Of a stretch of DNA of 64,000 bases, positions 37,966 to 51,834 are shown one piece after another (positions within the stretch are counted from its first letter, which is position 1; each line of letters starts with the position of its first letter). The notes under the pieces were generated by a model. The model saw nothing but the letters and a program-made list of their open reading frames with translations. It was not told the origin of the DNA and did not search any database. The translations under genes were made by a program, and so were the position numbers. Location of the stretch: the NCBI GenBank assembly GCA_951406725.2, contig OX597818.1, positions 135,160,001 to 135,224,000 on the forward strand. The letters are read 5' to 3'. This stretch comes from Octopus vulgaris. Taxonomy: Eukaryota.

Positions 37966-39718
37966 AAAAGAGCTGCGACCATGACGATGAAAAAAATATA
38001 TATACATAAATATACATATATATATAAAGAGACTGATAGAATAAGTACTAGACTTTAAAAAAAGTCCTCGGGTCAATTTGTTCAACTAAAACCCTTCAAG
38101 GCAGTGCACCAGCATGGCCAGTCAAATGACTGAAACAAGCAAAACGAAAATATATATATATATATAATGTTATAGGCATTGTCAACAACTTTCAGGCAAA
38201 ATAATTACTTCACAGTATTGTGACACTTTAACTTTTCATACTAAAGAAGGATAGTTGCTGTTTTATAGTAAAGCAACCAGCAACAATACCATTTTGCTGA
38301 ATATGCTGTTGACAAGAAAAGAAAAACTGCTTAGCAAATTGTTTTCTGTATACTGAACAAAAAGTCAGAGAGAGATGAGGAGTCCTAGAAAGAGAGAGAG
38401 AGAGAGTGAAGTAGAAAGAACAAACTATAGGTATTTAAGTTAATTTAGTCTATATAATTGCTTGTAAATGTCACAGTTGGTTTAGCGTGTTGTAATGTGT
38501 AAGAATGAAGGTTGCCCTATGGAGTTTTGAGTTGATTTATGGCAAAGAGAAGAACTATTGCAGTTTCAAAGTAAATTGAACAGTGGATATTTATACATGC
38601 ATACATACATATAGCATCATCATCATTTAACGTCCATTTACTTGTTAACATAGGTTGGACAGTTTGACCAGAGCTGGTGAAGGCCAGGGGCTGCACCAGG
38701 GTCCATTGTCTGTTCTGGCATGGTTTCTATGACTGGATACCCTTCCTAATGCCAACTACTTTACAGTATGTGCCGGGTGCTTTTTATGTGACACTAGCAC
38801 CAGTGCTTTTAACAGAGCACCAGCCTCACTGCTTTTAACATGGCACTAGCACTGGTATTAGCCACATGATTTTTTTTTAATGTCCCCTTTTCCCTGCATG
38901 CATGGGCAAGACAGAATTCGTTCAGACAGATTTTCTACAACCAGATGTCCTTCCTGTCACCAACACCCTACCTGTTTCCAAGTAAGGTAAATATTTCCCC
39001 ATACCTGAACGTATTTACATAGAAGACTGAAAACAAAGGATACTGCCCAGATGAGGATGTCACTTGCTTACCACAATCATGTGATGTCAAGACAAAAAGA
39101 CACTGACACACACATACCTTGAGCAAGTGTCTTCTACTAAAGTCTCAGGCTTGGTCAAAACCTTGTAAGTAGATTTGGTAGACAGAAATTGAAAGAAGCC
39201 CCAATTGTGTGTGTGTGTCTCTTAACAACCAATGTTGATGTGTTTAGATCCCTATAATCTGGTGGTTCAGCAAAAAGTGACCAATCAAGTAAGAACTAAT
39301 TTTGAAAAAAAGTATTGGTATTGATTTGATCAACTAAACTCGTCATGGTGATGCTATAGCATTGCTGCGGTCTAATGGCTGAAATAAGTAAAAGAAAGAA
39401 TAATTATTTCTAATTTAGATACAAGGTCAGTAATACTGAGGGGAGGGATTTAACTAATACCATCAACTCCAGTACTTGACTGGTACTTTATTTTGTTTAA
39501 CCCGGAAGGATAAAAGGCAAATTTGACTTCAGTGGAATTTGAACTCAAAACATAAGGAGCCAGAAGAAATATTGCAAGGCATTTTTACCAGTGCTCTATT
39601 GGTTCTGCCAGTACAGAAAAGAATAAATAGCATTTGATTTTGTATGTTGTGTCTCTAGAAGTAGTTCCCAGTAAGTTAACATGACAATAAAACAGAGAGT
39701 CATAATCTACCAATTTTT

Positions 39719-39768
<50 letters not shown>

Positions 39769-41220
39769 TAAACAACCTTTAAAATTCTCCAGCCAAAACA
39801 GAGTAATAAAGAAAACATGCATATGAGTATATTTATAAACAATTTGCTGAATGTTTGACATAAATAAGCATTTTTATTCTTAGTATAATTCATTTTGTTA
39901 TTGTTTATCAAGAAATCTCTTAAATGTAAAAATAAACATATTAACATCATCACCACCCACTGAGGAAACTTCTCCCCCCAAGTTTTAAGAGATGATGGCA
40001 ATAAAATCACAAAACAAAAGGAAGCCAAAAAAAAAATGAAGGAGAAGCCACATAATAAAAATAAAAGTTTAGCACTTGACTATTAAATGCTGTTTATTAT
40101 AACTTATGAAGAACTTTATGGCAGAGTATGGGGCAAGGTAATAAGGTAATAATAAAGCTGTAATGTTGTGAAACCAATGTTAAAAAACAAATGAATTTCC
40201 ACAACCTCAAAAGGTCCATTAAAATCATTAATTGCTCGTTTTCTATAATGACCAGAAAAATTTGGATGTTAAATCTCTGTCTTCAAAACATACTAATCTG
40301 CTGCAAGTAATATATATCCCCAGAGAATCTGGTACCTATTTCCAATAGCTCCAAAGGCCACTAGCTTAAACAGTAAAGTTTCCATTCTAGAAACACAAGG
40401 AAATGCTTACAATAGATTTGAACTCAATATTTTCAAGTTGTTAGCTTGGCACATCATCCAGTCATCTATTTTCCTTTAGAAACTCATGTTAGATTACCAT
40501 TTTTATAACTTTTGGTTGTTTCAGTCAGAGGACTGTGGCCATGTTGGGGTACTACCTCGAAGGGTTTAATTGAACAAATCAACCCTAGTACATATTTTCT
40601 AAGTATGGTACTTATTCTATCAATTTCTTTTGCCAAACTAAGTTATGAGGACATAACAAACCAACACTGGTTCTCAAGTGGTAGTGGTAGCAAACAAACA
40701 AAAAGACACACACACATATATATACATACATACACACGTATGATGGGATTCCATACAGTTTCTGTATACTAACCCAAGGCTATAATAGAAACTGCTTGCC
40801 CAAGTGGGAATGAACCCAAAACCACATGGTTACAAAGTGAGCTTAAGATTTCTTACACAAGCAACAATCAAAAAGTATAGAAATGGGGAAATGACACTGT
40901 GACATTCATACTTTTTGCTTGAACATTAAGGATGTCAAGCAGGTGATATAGCCACTACTGAGGATTGAAACAGAATTACAGTCTCTTACTCACCAGAAGC
41001 TAACTTTTAACATTTATAGAGCAGGTGTAAGCTCAAATATGCAGACTAATAACCATTCCTGCTTAATATAAGTGCAGCTGTGGCTGTGTAGTAAGACTTT
41101 TGCTTACCAACCACATGGTTCTGCATTCAGTCTCACTGCATTGCACTCTGTGGAAGTGTCTTCTACAGCCCCAGGTCAACCAAAGCCTTGTGAGTGAATC
41201 TGGCAGGCAGAAACTGAAAG

Positions 41221-41253
<33 letters not shown>

Positions 41254-44200
41254 TCTCTCTCTCTCTCTCTTTGTCTTGACACTGAGTGATGGTTGTAGAA
41301 TGATTGACAGTTATATTAGAAATGTCATTCATTTCCAATATTCTGCAAGAACATGTCTGGCCATGGGGAAATATTGCCTTGCTTGAAAACAGGTGAGGGT
41401 TGGGAGCAGGAAGGGCATCTGACCATGGAAAACGAGGATGGCCTAGTGCTAAACAACAACAACAACAACAACAACAATAGCAGCAACAATCAATACTTGA
41501 CTGCAAGTAGAGCAGTGGAATATGACTTGATAGGGCATCCAGTTTAACATTTCACTGTTCTGTGTTCAATTCTTGCAAGGATTGAGAATATCTTTTATTC
41601 CCATTGAAGAATAACAAAGTTAGATATCAGTAATATATTTCAGATTACATCAAGGTCAACTTTACCTTTCTAAGTCAATAAAAAGACATACCAGTCATAC
41701 ACTCAGGTTAATTTAATCAACATACCCTCTCACAAATGCATAATTTTGTGGCTTTGTTTTTAAAAAATCAGTAATATAATTGAATCAATATAATTAACCT
41801 TATATTCACCTCCTAACAATTATTGATGTTGAGCCAAGATAATAGTAAATTATTTTGGCAATATTTCTAGCAAATAAATTTAGCCAAAATACACTAAGCT
41901 ATTATTATCACTTCGGGATGAAACTTTCTTCATAACAATAACTGGCTGATAGCAAAGAGCAAACAAAGAGTTTGGGACCCAATAACTGTGATATCTAGCA
42001 ATAATCGGATAACATTAATCATATAAACAACATCACCATCATCATCATCGTTTAACATCCACTTTCCATGCTGGCATGGGTTGGACTGAGGACTAGCAAG
42101 CCAGGAGGCTGCACCACGCTCCAATCTGATCTGGCAAGGTTTCTACAGCTGGATGCCCTTCCTAATGCCAACCACTTTGAGAGTGTAGTGGGTGCTTTTT
42201 ATGTGCCACCAGCATGGGGGCCAGTCAGGTGGTACTGGCATCAACCACGCTTGAATGGTGCTTTTTATGTGCCTCCAGCACAGGAGCTAGTCAGGCAGCA
42301 CTGGCAAAGGCCACACACAAATGGTGCTTTTTTATGTGCCACCAACAAGGGACCAGTCAGGCAGCACTGGCATTGACCATGCTCCTATGGTGCTTTTTAC
42401 ATGCCACCAGCATGGGTGCCAGTCAGGCAGTACTGGCATCAGCCACAACAATGATTTCACTTGACTCAACAGGTCTTCTCAAGCAGAGTATATTACCCAA
42501 TGATCGAAGGGTACTCTTAAATGGGCTGGTTATGCTGCACTGGCATAGGCCACAGTTATGGTCTTACTTGGCTTGCTGGGTCTTCTCAAGCACAGCATAT
42601 CTCCAAAGATCTCAGTTGCTTGTCATTGCCTCCATGGCATATAGAACATAGAGTAAACATCATAATATTGAAAGTTTACATATGAAATACTGTTTTAATA
42701 ACAATAAATACTCCATCAATTTACATGAAGTCTTTTTTAAAAAAGCCAAGAAAAAGAATAAAAACAAAAAAAAATAAGTAACTAAGACACAAAGGTTTTT
42801 CTTTTTTATGAATGGAAATCAGAGTGAGAAATGGGTCATAATGTAAGAATTTCTACAGGATTGATCATATTGCTATGGCAACAGTGAGAATTGTGTCAGG
42901 GTTTATATAATTGTAAAACACTGAAAAATATTTATTTCTTTCTCAACTTTATAAATAATTCTACCCCTTTCTTGCATACATTTCTTCATAGTGTCCCCCA
43001 ATAGACTGATGTATAAACAATACTGTAACAGTGTTGTGATACCAACATACAAAACAGTAGGTGACTTGGTGGCACCAATCAACACCGGAGCAGGGGATTC
43101 AGCATTGGTCCTTCCAACTGACTAAAATATATCTTTTTAAAGATAGTGGGGTAGTAATTTGAGGAAGGTTTGACTGCTATTTCTATGAGTGCATCCACAA
43201 AGATGTCCTTGCTGACTCATGTCCAGCAGCTTTATAAAAAAATGAAAAGAGAACATTATTATATTTCTAAAGTCTATAATGGACGCAGATTGTGTGTCAA
43301 ATAGCTAGCTTGAGGCGGTGGCCTCTTGGAGCTAATCATCGACAGCTTTAGTCTTATATTTATAAGATTGCCATATTAGTATGGCGATAACTATTAATTT
43401 CTAAATAATGTTATCAACAAACTACTTCGATATCACAAGTCTGCTGAAATAGGTCTGATTGGGGATATGTAACAAAACAACGATTTAGCAGTTCACCTTA
43501 TGATTAACATTATCATAATGTGGGAAAAAAAAACTAACTAACCTAGATTTATTAAAAGCTTTGTGTTAAATGATGTAAATGGATTCATTATGTTGTCTGA
43601 CATTGGAACTTATTAAAATTGTGCTTTTATTTACTTACGCTTGGGGTGGGGGAGTAGGTATTCAAATTAGTTAGTTTTGTTAATTTTGTGAGAATATATT
43701 TCAAGATGGATATATTTTCCATTTTGTTTCGTAAGAGTCAGAAATAGGTGTCTCTGTCTTTGTCCAGTAATGGAACGGATATTGACAGTTTCGAAGAATA
43801 CAGCAGGTACTGAATAAAAAAAAAATAACCAATACCAGAAGAACATGCAAACACTGCAAAAGTAGATCTACTTACACACACACATACACAAGGACTAACA
43901 AATGGAAGAAAGGGTGCTCAATACGGGAAGTAGAGTGTAAAATTTATTCATGGCCAACAGGAATCAAGAATCTATATATCAGTACCTAAGATTCTAAAAG
44001 ACAGAAATTATGCTACAGTCATTTGATTTGATTCTGATATCATTTTGCTTTGTCTTGTGAAACTTAAGATACCAATATAGGTTCTGGTTCTAGCTGATCA
44101 TAGATCATTATCATCATCGTTACCATCATTGTATGACATCTGCTTTTCCATGCTTGCGTAGATTAAACAGAATTTGTTGAAGCAAATTTTCTACAGCCAG

Positions 44201-44571
44201 AACCCTTCCTGTTACCAACTCTCACTTGTTTCCAAGCAAGGTAATATTTTCCCCCATTGGTTGAACATGTTTTCATGGAAACAAAGAACACGGCTTGTAT
44301 GATGGCCATCCTCATCTACAATTATCACATGATGTGAAGACAAGGAGACACATACATACATGCCCCACACACACAACAGGCTTCTTTCAGTTTCATAAGG
44401 TTTTGGTCAACCTGAAATCATAGTGGAAGAAGCTTGCCCAAAGTTCCACACAGTGTGACTAAACTCAAAACCATATAGCTGGGAAGCAAACTTTCCACCC
44501 ATACAGCCATGCTATGCCATTATAATATAAATCTATAACTATATCTATCTATCTGACAGTGTGTTATCATC

Positions 44572-45153
44572 ATTCATCATCATCATCGTTTAACGTCCAT
44601 TTTCCACGCTAGCACGGGTTGGACGGTTTGACCGGGGTCTGGGAAGCCAGGGGCTGCACCAGGCTCCAGTCTGATCTGGCAGAGTTTCTACAGCTGGATG
44701 CCCTTCCTAACGCCAACCACTCCGCGAGTGTAGTGGGTGCTTTTTACGTGCCACCTGCACAGGTGCCAGTGGGGTCCGGCATCGGCCACGATTGGTTGGT
44801 GCTTTTAATGTGCCCCATATATATATTATATATATATATATATATACATACACTATATATATATAGTGTTAGACACATACTAATACTGTATGTATCTGAC
44901 ACTATATAGTGTATATAATTGATATTTAGTATTATGTTGCCAGCTCTGTCTGGCACCAGTGCGGGTGGCACGTAAAAAGCACCCACTACACTCACGGAGT
45001 GGTTGGCGTTAGGAAGGGCATCCAGCCGTAGAAACACTGCCAGATTTGACTGGGCCTGATGAAGCCTTCTGGCTTCACAGACCCCAGTAGAACCGTCCAA
45101 CCCATGCTAGCATGGAGAACGGACGCTAAACGATGATGATGATGATGATGATG
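44572..45153. mobile_element. Inverted pair of RTE 3' UTR fragments
   Basis: A minus copy at about 44572-44815 and a plus copy at about 44945-45153, with (CAT)n and (GAT)n tails facing outward. Confidence 0.85.
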
Positions 45154-46131
45154 TATTTGTTATATAATCTCAAGATCAGTTTGAGATATAATGCTAAGAT
45201 GAGTCTAAGATATGTAACATATATTTGACATATACAGTTAAGATATATTTGACATATAATCCAAAGATATAAAATCCAATAATTAGTCTGAGACAGAGTG
45301 TTAAAATATAACTGAGTTGTAGTTTTAAGATGTATCTTACATATAACTCTTAAGATATATCTGACATTTAGTGTTAAGAAATGAATGGGCCAAAGATTTA
45401 GACATATCACAGTTACTATAAGCAATATCTGACTAACAAAATCTCAAAACATATCTTCCTTTTCATTACAGGGCATTATACAGGACATAGGAAGTGATTT
45501 TATAACAAGCTACACTTACACATGTATACATATATACAGAATTTAGACAAAATTAGAGAGTTTTAAGATTCACCAAACTAATTAGGAATTTAATACAGAA
45601 AGTACCATCCATTTTTATGCTTCTATATCTTTCTGTTTGTTACTAGTTATGTTCATTTGTTTTGAGGTAATGGGTTTAATTAAGCATAAAGTCAAGCCAA
45701 GGATAGAAAAAGGAAGGAAATAGAGACAAACAAAAAGATTAAGTTTAGATATATTAATGTGAAAATATGCTTGTCTTGGATAATGTCTTACACACACACA
45801 CACACACACACATGCAGAGAAAGAGAGAAAGAATAAATGTAGTATTACAATTGTTTAATGTGCCACAGCAGCTGTGACACTGAGTGTGACACATATGGCA
45901 CAGTATTTTTTTTTTGTATTTTTTTTTTTAAAGTTTCAGCTCAGAGCTGCGGCCATGCTGATGCACCGCTGTGGGTAAAGTTAATTACACAGTAGCAGTC
46001 TATAATCTCTAAATTATACATCTAAATCACCCCCTTCTCTCCCCATCTTCTCATTTTCTTGCTCTGTTACCGCTCCCCCCACACATATACACATATGCAC
46101 GTAGTTTATTGCTAGCTAATTTTCTACTCAC

Positions 46132-46170
<39 letters not shown>

Positions 46171-46391
46171 ACTATCTATCTATCTTTCTATCTAAGGGGA
46201 AGATTAAAAGATACATAAATTAACAAAATCCAAAGTTAAGGGCCTGAGTGCCAAGCAAGAAGGTTGTTGGTTGTAACAAATAAAACCAAGTGCTTCACTT
46301 GACTTCTGTCACCTAACACAAGGTTGTACTTTGAAGAACTGACTTCCTCTTCCTAGACAGAGCTGCTAGCCTTCAACACACACCTATTATA

Positions 46392-46425
<34 letters not shown>

Positions 46426-46624
46426 CAAGTCTTCTTTTATTCATAGATGTTTAAGTAGATGTTTTATACATAGATGTTTAAGTAGATACATAAACTCACA
46501 TTATTAACAAAAATCTGGGTCTTATATAAAATAACCTAAAGCTTTAGTAACATTAACCTCTCCACAATGAAACACCATCATCATTGTTTATATTATGGTC
46601 ATATCAGTATCATATTTTCATGTA

Positions 46625-47020
46625 GTGGCTGTGTGGTAAGTAGCTTGCTAACCAACCACATGGTTCCGGGTTCAGTCCCACTGTGTGGCACCTTGAGCAA
46701 GTGTCTTCTGCTTTAGCCCCAGGCCGACCAATGCCTTGTGAGTGGATTTGGTAGACGGAAACTGAAAGAAGCCTGTCGTATATATGTATATATATATATA
46801 TGTATGTGTGTGTGTTTGTGTGTCTGTGTTTGTCTCCCTAGCATTGCTTGACAACCGATGCTGGTGAGTTTACGTCCTCGTCACTTAGCGGTTCGGCAAA
46901 AGAGACCGATAGAATAAGTACTGGGCTTACAAAGAATAAGTCCCGGGGTCGATTTCCTCGACTAAAGGTGGTGCTCCAGCATGGCCGCAGTCAAATGACT
47001 GAAACAAGTAAAAAGAGAAA
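46625..47020 (+). mobile_element. SINE family A
   Basis: Near-full-length match to 18576-18990. Confidence 0.9.
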
Positions 47021-47035
47021 AAAAAAAAAAAAAGA

Positions 47036-47126
<91 letters not shown>

Positions 47127-47234
47127 AGTACTGTGATGTGAGTATATGGCAGGATTAGAACATGTATCTGTCATTGTGATGAATATAGTGTGATAACGCT
47201 ATATGTATATCCTTTACTATGATGTATATATAGT

Positions 47235-48460
47235 ATCATCATCATCATCGTTTAATGTCCGCTTTCCATGCTAGCATTGGTTGGACGGTTTGACTGAGGG
47301 CTGGTGAGCCAGGAGGCTGCACTAGGCTCCAATTTGATCTGGTAAAGTTTCTACATCTGGATGCCCTTCCTAACACCAACGACTCCAAGAGTGTAGTGGA
47401 TGCTTTTACGTGCCACCGGCACAAAGGCCAGTCTGGCAGTACTGGCATCGCCCACGCTCAAGTGGTGCTTTTTATGTGCCACCTGCACAAGAGCTAGTCC
47501 AGCAGCACTGGCAACGACCACCCTCAAATGGTGCTTTTTTTATGTGCCACCAGTATGGGAGCCGGTCAGTGGCCCTGGCAACGATCATGCTTGAATGAAG
47601 CTTTTAACGTTCCACTAGCATGGGTGCCAATCAGGCAGTACTGTCGTCGACCACAACAGCGATTTCACTTGCCTGAACAGGTCTTCGCAAAAATAGTTTA
47701 TTGTCCAATGAATGAAGGGTACTCTTAAATGGCATAGGCCATGGTTATGGTTTCACTTGGTTTGCAAGGTCTTCTCAAGCACAGCATATCTTCAAAGGTC
47801 TTGGTCACCTTGGAGAGGTCAAATGTTCGAAGGTCGAGCTTCACCACCTTATCCAAGATCTTCCTGGGTCTACCTCTTCTGCAGGTTCCCTCAACTGCTA
47901 GGGTGTGGCACTTTTTCACACAGCTTTCCTCATCCATTCACAATACATGACCATACCAGTACAGTTGTCTCTCTTGCACACCACATCTGATGCCTCTTAA
48001 GTCCAACTTTTCTCTCAGGGCACTTACACTCTGTCGTGTATGCATACTGACATTACACATCCAGTGGAGTATACTGGCTTCATTCCTTGCAAGCTTATGC
48101 GTGGCCTCAGCAGTCAGAGCCCATGTTTCACTGCCATGTAGCATAGCTGTTTGCACACATGTTTCTTACAGTCTACCTTTTACTCTGAGCGAGAGAGACT
48201 TTGTCACTAGCAGAGGTAGGAGCTCTCTGAACTTTGCCCAGGATATCCAGCTACACTTTCAGAGCATGCACTCTCACTACTGACTTGGTCACCTAGATAA
48301 TGCCAGCTATCAACTACTTGTAGTTTTTTCCTCTGGAATGTGATGGAAGCTTCTCTGCATGTTTTCAGTGTTTATTGCTCCTGAACATTTGCCACACACA
48401 AAACTATCTTCCCAGTTAGCCTTCCTTTGATATTGCTACACTTCTTATGTGTCCATAGCA
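47235..48460 (-). mobile_element. RTE-clade LINE 3' fragment
   Basis: Minus ORFs TAMLHGSETWALT...WYGHVL and EGTCRRGRPRK; same family as 1-1048. Confidence 0.88.
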
Positions 48461-49578
48461 TATACTAGGTATATATTATGGAGTTTCTACCTACGCTTTT
48501 TCTACAGATTAAGCAGGGCCATCTATGCGGACACATTTCTTTCCTGTAACATCACAATTCTCTCTCACGCATTGTCTTGCAACACAAAACACCTTAAGTC
48601 TTTTGTCCTCACAATGCAGGACATTGTCAATTTTTTTTCTTATCTGCTTCCCCTCTGGCTAAGTGTGTATGTGTGTGTGTGTGTGTGTATAATGGAATTC
48701 ATAGTAGAGGGAAACCTAGAAAAGTTTAAGATGAAAATTTTTAATGCTGATCTTAAGGTGCTGCATTTTACAGAGGAAATGAGAAAGGCATATAGACTGG
48801 CAATGCAGAGTGTTGTAGAAGACCTGATACCTACAGTGAAAAATATCTCAACTGAAGGATAGTGTTTAGAGGCTGAGACACTTTGTACTCTATCAACCAT
48901 ACACCATACATCTTGCTGCCCCACTCATCTTAAACCCTTTGATCCCACCCCTCCATCACCCTTATTGCTCACTTCACCCCAAATAATCTTGCCACTTACG
49001 TCATACTATTTTTTTTTCCAGCCCAACCATCCGGGGGGGGCGGGGGTCTTCCTGACGTCATTGCTCTTTCTTCTAACCCTTTCTTCAGTCACTTAAGCAA
49101 ATACATATGCTCTAGGTTATTGGTACTTACTTGCTCCCATCACCTACTTCTGATTTCATGGCTGGTAATGCCTCTACCCCACACTTACCCCCTCTTTGGT
49201 CTACATGTTTTAAGTCTGAGCACTCTCTACATTGTCTTGTGTACAAGCACCACTCCTCTTGTACAGATATCTCAACTGAAATCTGAAAACTCGCCCTCCC
49301 GTAAAGTGACAGGTGAGTGAGACAACCTTTCTAGTGTTGGTACCATAAAATGTGCCCAATACACCTGATACAATGGTTAGTTGGCAAATTGAGCAGAGAC
49401 TGCTAGGGTTCTAAGGTCCCTTTATTCAACCTCTCCACTGTAGGTGGCACAAAAAAACAAAACCCAACACACCCTGTAAAGTGAAAGGTATCCCTTTCTC
49501 CCTTCCTCACCCACACTTCTTTACCCACCCATTCAACACATCTCCCAGTTTCTCATCTATATACAGTTTTATTTTAAA

Positions 49579-49810
49579 GGCGGCGAGCTGGCAGAAACGT
49601 TAGCGCGCCAGGCGAAACGCTTAGCGGTATTTCGTCTGTCGTTACATTCTGAGTTCAAATTCCGCCGAGGTAGACTTTGCCTTTCATCTCTTTCGGGGTC
49701 GATAAATAAAGGACCAGTTTCCAACTGGGGTCGATGTAATCGACTTAATCCGTTTGTCTGCCCTTGTTTGTCCCCTCTATGTTTAGCCCCTTGTGGGTAG
49801 TAAAGAAATA
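49579..49810 (+). mobile_element. SINE family B
   Basis: Full head-to-tail match. Other copies lie at about 52218-52470(-), 55511-55718(-) and 61340-61570(+). Confidence 0.9.
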
Positions 49811-50383
49811 TATATACAGTTATTGCTGTTGCACTCCATTCTTCCTCACCATTCACTACATTAACCCCTACCCCCATCCCTAACCATCTGTCTGTCACAC
49901 TCTTGTGCTCATACCTACCCACCCTTCCTGGTCCTCTTTTACTATTCTCTCTTTTACTCACCTTCTCTGTACCTTGTGATTATGTCCTAGCATCTTACCA
50001 TGACTAACTTTCTCCCTTCCAGTTACACCCATCCACGCTTATAATAATATGGGGTGGCTATGCATCTCATCTACATCAAAACACCTGTTCCTGGCCCTAT
50101 CATACTTTAATCTCTCAACACCTGGCATAAAGTCACTTCCCTCTTTATTACAACCCCACTCAGTGGGGCTCTCTTTTTTTTTGTCTTGAGTTACTTGGAA
50201 GTCTCATTAGCAACATTTCCATAAAAAGAGTCCCAAGTACACTCTGTAAAGTGGTTGGCATTAGGAAGAGCATTTAGCCATAGAGAGCATACCAAAGCAG
50301 ACACAGTCTTCTGGCTGGTCAGATCCTGTAATACCATCCAGCACATGCTATCATGGAAGACCAACATGAAAAGCAGATGATGA

Positions 50384-50438
<55 letters not shown>

Positions 50439-50849
50439 TGGCGTTAGGAAGGGCATCCAGCTGTAGAAACACTGCCAGATCTGACTGGGCCTGACGAAGC
50501 CTTCCAGCTTCACAGACCCCAGTTGACCCGTCCAACCCATGCTAGCATGGAAAGCGGACGCTAAATGATGATGATGATGATGATATTTGTATATATATGA
50601 AAATATATATTTGTATATATATATATAAATATATATACAAATTGAGATAGGGGTTGTAAATTCAACCCTCCATGGGATATATATCCAATATACTGCTAGT
50701 GAAGTACCCAACAAGGTTAATACATAAATGTTAAGGATTGCGATGCAATCAATTCATTTACTGTATTATATGGGCAAAGGTAAAATGTTTTACCACAAAT
50801 TCATAATTCAAAATAAGAAAATGGAGAAATACATCAAAATCAAATATCA

Positions 50850-51260
50850 ATTACCAGATAATACTATAATGCTCCCTTCAACATAGTTAATTATTTTTTT
50901 TAAATACTGCAAAAACACTTCCACCCCAACTAACAAACAAACAATGTAAAATTATTGTACTCCATTATCAACAACTTTGAAAATAATTGTACCCAATTAC
51001 AACCACCAAAAGTTGTTTGGAAGTGAAAACCTAAACCACACACACAATTGCAACTGTAGGAAACCTTAATCCTGCCCTCTAGAAGGAAATTGTCTCTCAA
51101 GAAATATCATATATAGCACAATAGCAACTACAAACATGACACCAACTATTGAATCTACATATATAGGATCTACAGTAAACCAGTTCAAGACATTATACAG
51201 CCAACACACGCACACTTTTCACAACCCACATAGGAAAAATGACATGTCACAACCCTTAAA
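50850..51260 (+). pseudogene. Penelope-like element remnant: C-terminal GIY-YIG endonuclease region
   Basis: Manual translation gives ILQKHFHP...NNVKLLYS and then, from 51049, CNCRKP*SCPLEGNCLSRNIIY...TYIGSTVNQFKTLYSQHTHTF. This is the Cys-rich linker plus GIY-YIG signature of C-terminal EN+ PLEs (Nematis-like by inference). Stops and frameshifts are present. Confidence 0.8.
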
Positions 51261-51766
51261 CATACAACATACTTACATTCTTTTATGAACCCTTAAAAAA
51301 ATTCTATTACAGAAAAATGACATGCCTAATTACTAAGTTTTTAAATACTGGACTAAACTTTGAACTCTATATTTTCAAAGCAAAGTGTTAAATGCAATAA
51401 AACAAAAAATAACAAAAACTACCGACATATCCTATACCTACCTACCAAGAGGAGCACACCTAAATATTCCCACCTGCTTACAAAGTCCTACATACATGAA
51501 TAAATTCTAAACCATAATTACCCCAAATTTAATCAATAAAAATTTCTCAAAACCACCTCTTTGTAACAGCCCATCCTAAAACCTAATTACCACTCCACTC
51601 AAACCCACATACCCAAGGAAGATTTTAACTCAACAGGTTAATTTCTCTGCATCACAGTCTGATGATGGTTTAATTGGATGGCACCTTGGGCAAGTGTCTT
51701 CTACTATAGCCTCAGGCCAACCAAAGACTTGTGAGTGGATTTGGTAGACGGAAACGGAAAGAAACA

Positions 51767-51834
<68 letters not shown>

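Noticed and set aside
40986-40996. Isolated strong minus-strand donors (also about 6047, 46127, 49957, 57789 and 63990)
   Set aside because: No matching acceptor lies within exon distance inside the window; this many are expected by chance.
45056-45080. CTGATGA followed by the hairpin AGCC/GGCT
   Set aside because: No GAAA follows the stem, and homologous RTE UTR copies do not conserve CTGATGA.
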